A program made the translations under genes and the position numbers. A DNA stretch of 64,000 bases, taken from assembly GCF_011745625.1 (NCBI RefSeq), contig NW_027191463.1:62001-126000 (forward strand), in the 5' to 3' direction. The notes beneath the pieces are model-generated. The model saw nothing but the letters and a program-made list of their open reading frames with translations. It did no database searches and was not told the DNA's origin. This DNA is from Cladosporium halotolerans (Eukaryota). Within the stretch, counting starts at the first letter, position 1. Each line of letters starts with the position of its first letter. This document shows, in pieces, positions 60,540-64,000 of this stretch.

Positions 60540-61295
60540 ATGCCACCTCAAACATCACCCGTGCCGGCGTTCTTCCGTCTACCAATTGAACTACGCCAGC
60601 ATATATACGATTACCTACTCCAACTCGATACTCCCGGGCAGGGCAGCCATCCACTTCCCGGCGTCGGCATCACTTCCGTCACCCACGCACCTCCATGTCT
60701 GAGCCTCCTGCTTCTACATCCGACAGTGACCGCAGAACTGCTCGACCGATTCTACTCACAAGCTACTCTGAAGACCGTTATCAGCCATGCCTTCAACTTC
60801 TTTCGAACCGATCCGGAGCTTCGCCAGCTGGAAGCCTCGTATGCCCTCAGAAGAATGCAGAATATTGAAGTGGTGTTCTTCCAGGACATCCTCCTTCTCA
60901 AGGATTACCCTAGTTTCGGCCTAGAGGCTTTCTGCTCCGAGATCCAGAGACGAGCCGATCGAGCCTGTGATGTGCTACTGAAAGCTTCCGAGCTGAGACA
61001 TGTCACAATCTCGTGGATTGACACCACTCGAATCCCCGGCTGGGCTGAGAAGGCACGCATACTCGAGCCGCTGCGCAAGCTACACGGCAAGGTCGACATT
61101 ACACTTGGCGAAGTCAAGGTCAGTGGCGATCAAGACATGGAAACCAAGGACCTGCACGCATTCAAGACGGCCATTGAATCAGCGCTCGGATTTCCAATCG
61201 CAATGTCTCAGGGCTACGAAACAGAACCAAATGCTCAACCAAGCGACTTACGAATGCTCGCTTTCGACGCCAGGCAACAGCGATTGACGAACTAG
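60540..61295 (+). CDS. Hypothetical protein with F-box-like N-terminal motif
   Basis: FFRLPIELRQHIYDYLL at the N-terminus; 251-aa ORF. Confidence 0.75.
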   Translation: MPPQTSPVPAFFRLPIELRQHIYDYLLQLDTPGQGSHPLPGVGITSVTHAPPCLSLLLLHPTVTAELLDRFYSQATLKTVISHAFNFFRTDPELRQLEASYALRRMQNIEVVFFQDILLLKDYPSFGLEAFCSEIQRRADRACDVLLKASELRHVTISWIDTTRIPGWAEKARILEPLRKLHGKVDITLGEVKVSGDQDMETKDLHAFKTAIESALGFPIAMSQGYETEPNAQPSDLRMLAFDARQQRLTN

Positions 61296-61808
61296 ACAGC
61301 CATAGCCTAACATCTAGAGAGCGACAAAAGCGATCGATTCCATCTCCACAAAAGCACACCAACAGAACCCCACCCTCAATCTCAACTCCCCGCCGAACCC
61401 CTCCTCAAACCCTCCCACCCCTCCCTTTCCCTCCACGCCTCCCTCGCAACCTCCATCCTCCTCTCATCCACAATCCTCAAACACCACCCACAGACCGGCT
61501 GAAACCCCTCCCACCCAACCTCCCTCACCACAACCCCACAGTCAACAGCCATCGCTGTTAGGGAAGAATCACTCCTGCCGTCGTTGGACGAAGCAAAGTA
61601 CAACGCACTGTCCGAGGAGACGAGAACCTCACTCACAAAAGACACAGCAAGCTACGTAACGCAGTCAAGCTGAAATGATGAGATGACATGCAATTCGTAT
61701 CCCCTCCCCCTCCAACTCTAGGTATCTATCCTAGCCATGCATAGGGTATATTCATATATCGCTCTTTCCTTCCAGGCCTTCTTTTCTTTTCCCTTTCCAC
61801 GATCTACC

Positions 61809-64000
61809 TTAATTCCCAAACTGCTCCCCGATCTCCTCCGGCGCCAGCGTCTCGACGAAAGCCCTGCGGATGAAAGTCCGCCACGTCTCGTTCTCCTTGC
61901 ACTTCTTGTGCTTCTTGCCGCCGCGGTGCTTCTTCTTCTTCTTGTGCTTTTTCTTGTTGTTGCCCTTCTTTTTCTGCGCGGCGAGCTCGTCGTCGTCGTC
62001 ATCCTCATCCTCAGCATCGACATCAGACTCCCCGAACACCTCGTTCTTCGCCTTCGGCTCGCAAGCCGCAATCTCCCTCGCCAACCCCACCATGCTCGGG
62101 ATCGTCAGGTCCGGCAGGTCGTAGACCCCGTCGCCCCTCGTGTCGTAGTGCAGCTCGAACTTGAATTTCTTCGGGTCCGGCGTGTGCTCCCTGTCGTGCG
62201 GCTTCTTGCCCTTGTGCTTGCCTTCGTTCCACTTGGAATCGTCGACGCTGTCGTCCTCGCCGCTCGCCGCGCTCGACGAGGGGCCGAAGTCGTTGTTGAT
62301 GTGCGTCAGGTTGGCGAGGTACTGCCTGTAGCCGAGGAGGGTGAGGGTCTGCGGGGAGTAGGCGGGGCCGGGGGGAGAGGATTTGGAGGGCGGGGAGGGG
62401 ACGGTGAATTTTTGCCCTTTGCGCTTTTTGCGGAGGAGGGTGGGCGAGGAGGAGTCGTCGTCGGACTGATCGTCGAGCTCGAATGACGGGCCGTCAACAG
62501 CGGCGTCCAATTCGGAGTCCAGCTCTTTGTAGCGCTGCGCGATCGCCAGGGCGTCGAAGGGCTTGTGGGTGCTCAGGCCGGAGACGTTGTACTCGTAGAC
62601 TCTGACGACGGGCAGGAGGTTGGGCACGACGCTGGCGCTGGCGAAGGAGACGGAGTAGCGCTCTGCGAACTCGCCGCCGATTTCCTTGAGGTATTTCTTT
62701 TCTTTCTCTTTGCGCTTCTGCTTTTTGCTCTTGCCGCCTTTCTTGTCTTTGCCGCCCTTTTTGAAGGTCTGCTCGAGCAGGTCGTCGACTTCCCACTCGG
62801 GCCTTTGGTCGTCGCTGCTCGACATCAGCTGCTCGAAAGCAGCCTTCCGCTTGAGCGACTTGGGAGGCTTAGGGATCTCCGAGAACTGCCTCCTTAGATC
62901 CGTAAAGTAACTCGGCGAAACCTCCACGTGCATCTCGTCGTCCGGAATCTCCCTGAACGTACCCTCCTCCAGCTCAGCGATCTTCATGCGTCCATTCTGC
63001 GTGTCGTCCTCGATCGCGTGGAAATCCTGCAACATAAAGTGATCGTAGTTCATGTGCCCCCACATGCTGGAGATGACGACGTCGCGGTACTGCTGCATCC
63101 ACAGCGTGTACTTCTGCCAGCAGGTCTCGTCCCACTGCGTCTTCGCATCCGTGCGCGCGGGCGGCACGTGTCCGATCATGATGGCCTTCATGCCGCGGTC
63201 GCGCAGGAACTGCAATTGGATGCGCAGCCACTCCATATGGCGGTAGCCGGGCTCTGACTTCGCAGCGCAGCCGTCGACGGCAGCGTTCGACTGGAAGAAG
63301 TACATGGTGTTGAGGCTGAAGACGGCGAGGTGGTTCGGAATGACTTCGACCGAGAACCAGCCGCCTTGCTCGAAGGAGTGCTTTTGTACTTCCGGGATGA
63401 ACTGCCGCCAGACATCGAGGAAGGCGCGCGTCCAGCGGTTCGGGCCCTTGGTCATGATGTTGTGCGGCAGGATGTCGTTGTTGCCGATGTTCGGGACGAT
63501 GGGCACGATGTAGTCGTTGTACGGGTCCGGGTCCTCCTCGTCGCCGTTGTGCTTGCCGAACACCTCTGCCAGCTTGCTCACCATGAACTCGTTCAGACCG
63601 ACCACTTGCTCCGCCGTGCGGGGCAGCTTCTCGTCGTTGTCGTGTCGCGCCGAGTCGCCCGTCCATATCACGAAGTCCACCTCGTCCTTCAGCTCTTGCC
63701 CGATCCATTCCATTGTCTTATTGATCAGCGCGATCGGGCTGTCGCAATCGCTGACCTCGGCGCCGTAGACGCCGGCGGGGCCTTGTCCATGATGGCAGGC
63801 ATTGTCTTCACTCGTCGATGAATATACTTTGTAGAACCGATCGGGGTGAAAATCTGCTTCGGATCAGAGACTGCGCTTGGAAAGGCATTTCTTGTCCGCG
63901 CGAGGGAATGTACCTGTGATGTGCAGAAAACGGCCGTGGAGCGGGCGCTGCTTCGACGACTGCCCCGCACCGCGACCCAATGGAATGATATTTACGTCCT
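61809..64000 (-). CDS. PPN1: Endopolyphosphatase Ppn1 (metallophosphoesterase; 5' end beyond window)
   Basis: GRFLHITD|FHPD (intron 63854-63913), WTGDSARHD, GNND, GHVPP, WGHMNYDHF. Confidence 0.93.

Noticed and set aside
1..64000. Transposons, RIP-degraded repeats, CRISPR arrays, rRNA genes
   Set aside because: No transposase/RT ORFs, LTR/TIR pairs, AT-rich RIP blocks, repeat-spacer arrays or rRNA-like sequence were seen.

Overview
Gene-dense, repeat-poor fungal nuclear DNA from a filamentous ascomycete, with short GT-AG introns carrying CTRAC branch sites; a Dothideomycete origin is an inference only. Housekeeping genes are SSD1, CCH1, ORC1, SLD3, LSM8, PPN1, a sphingoid base kinase, and PHD and SET/MYND chromatin proteins. 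Accessory metabolic genes are a racemase, ferroportin, aldo-keto reductase, secreted dienelactone hydrolase, short tyrosinase, HAD, two P450s, a hotdog thioesterase and two MFS transporters. The standout observation is at 27207-27334. An otherwise perfect initiator tRNA-Met gene is interrupted in its D-stem by a 56-nt intron with complete spliceosomal signals (GTAAGT ... CTAAC ... CAG), not a canonical 37/38 tRNA intron. Secondary findings are a backbone-less P450/P450/thioesterase/MFS group with altered catalytic motifs, recurrent C-rich to G-rich skew switches, and a decayed pseudogene.
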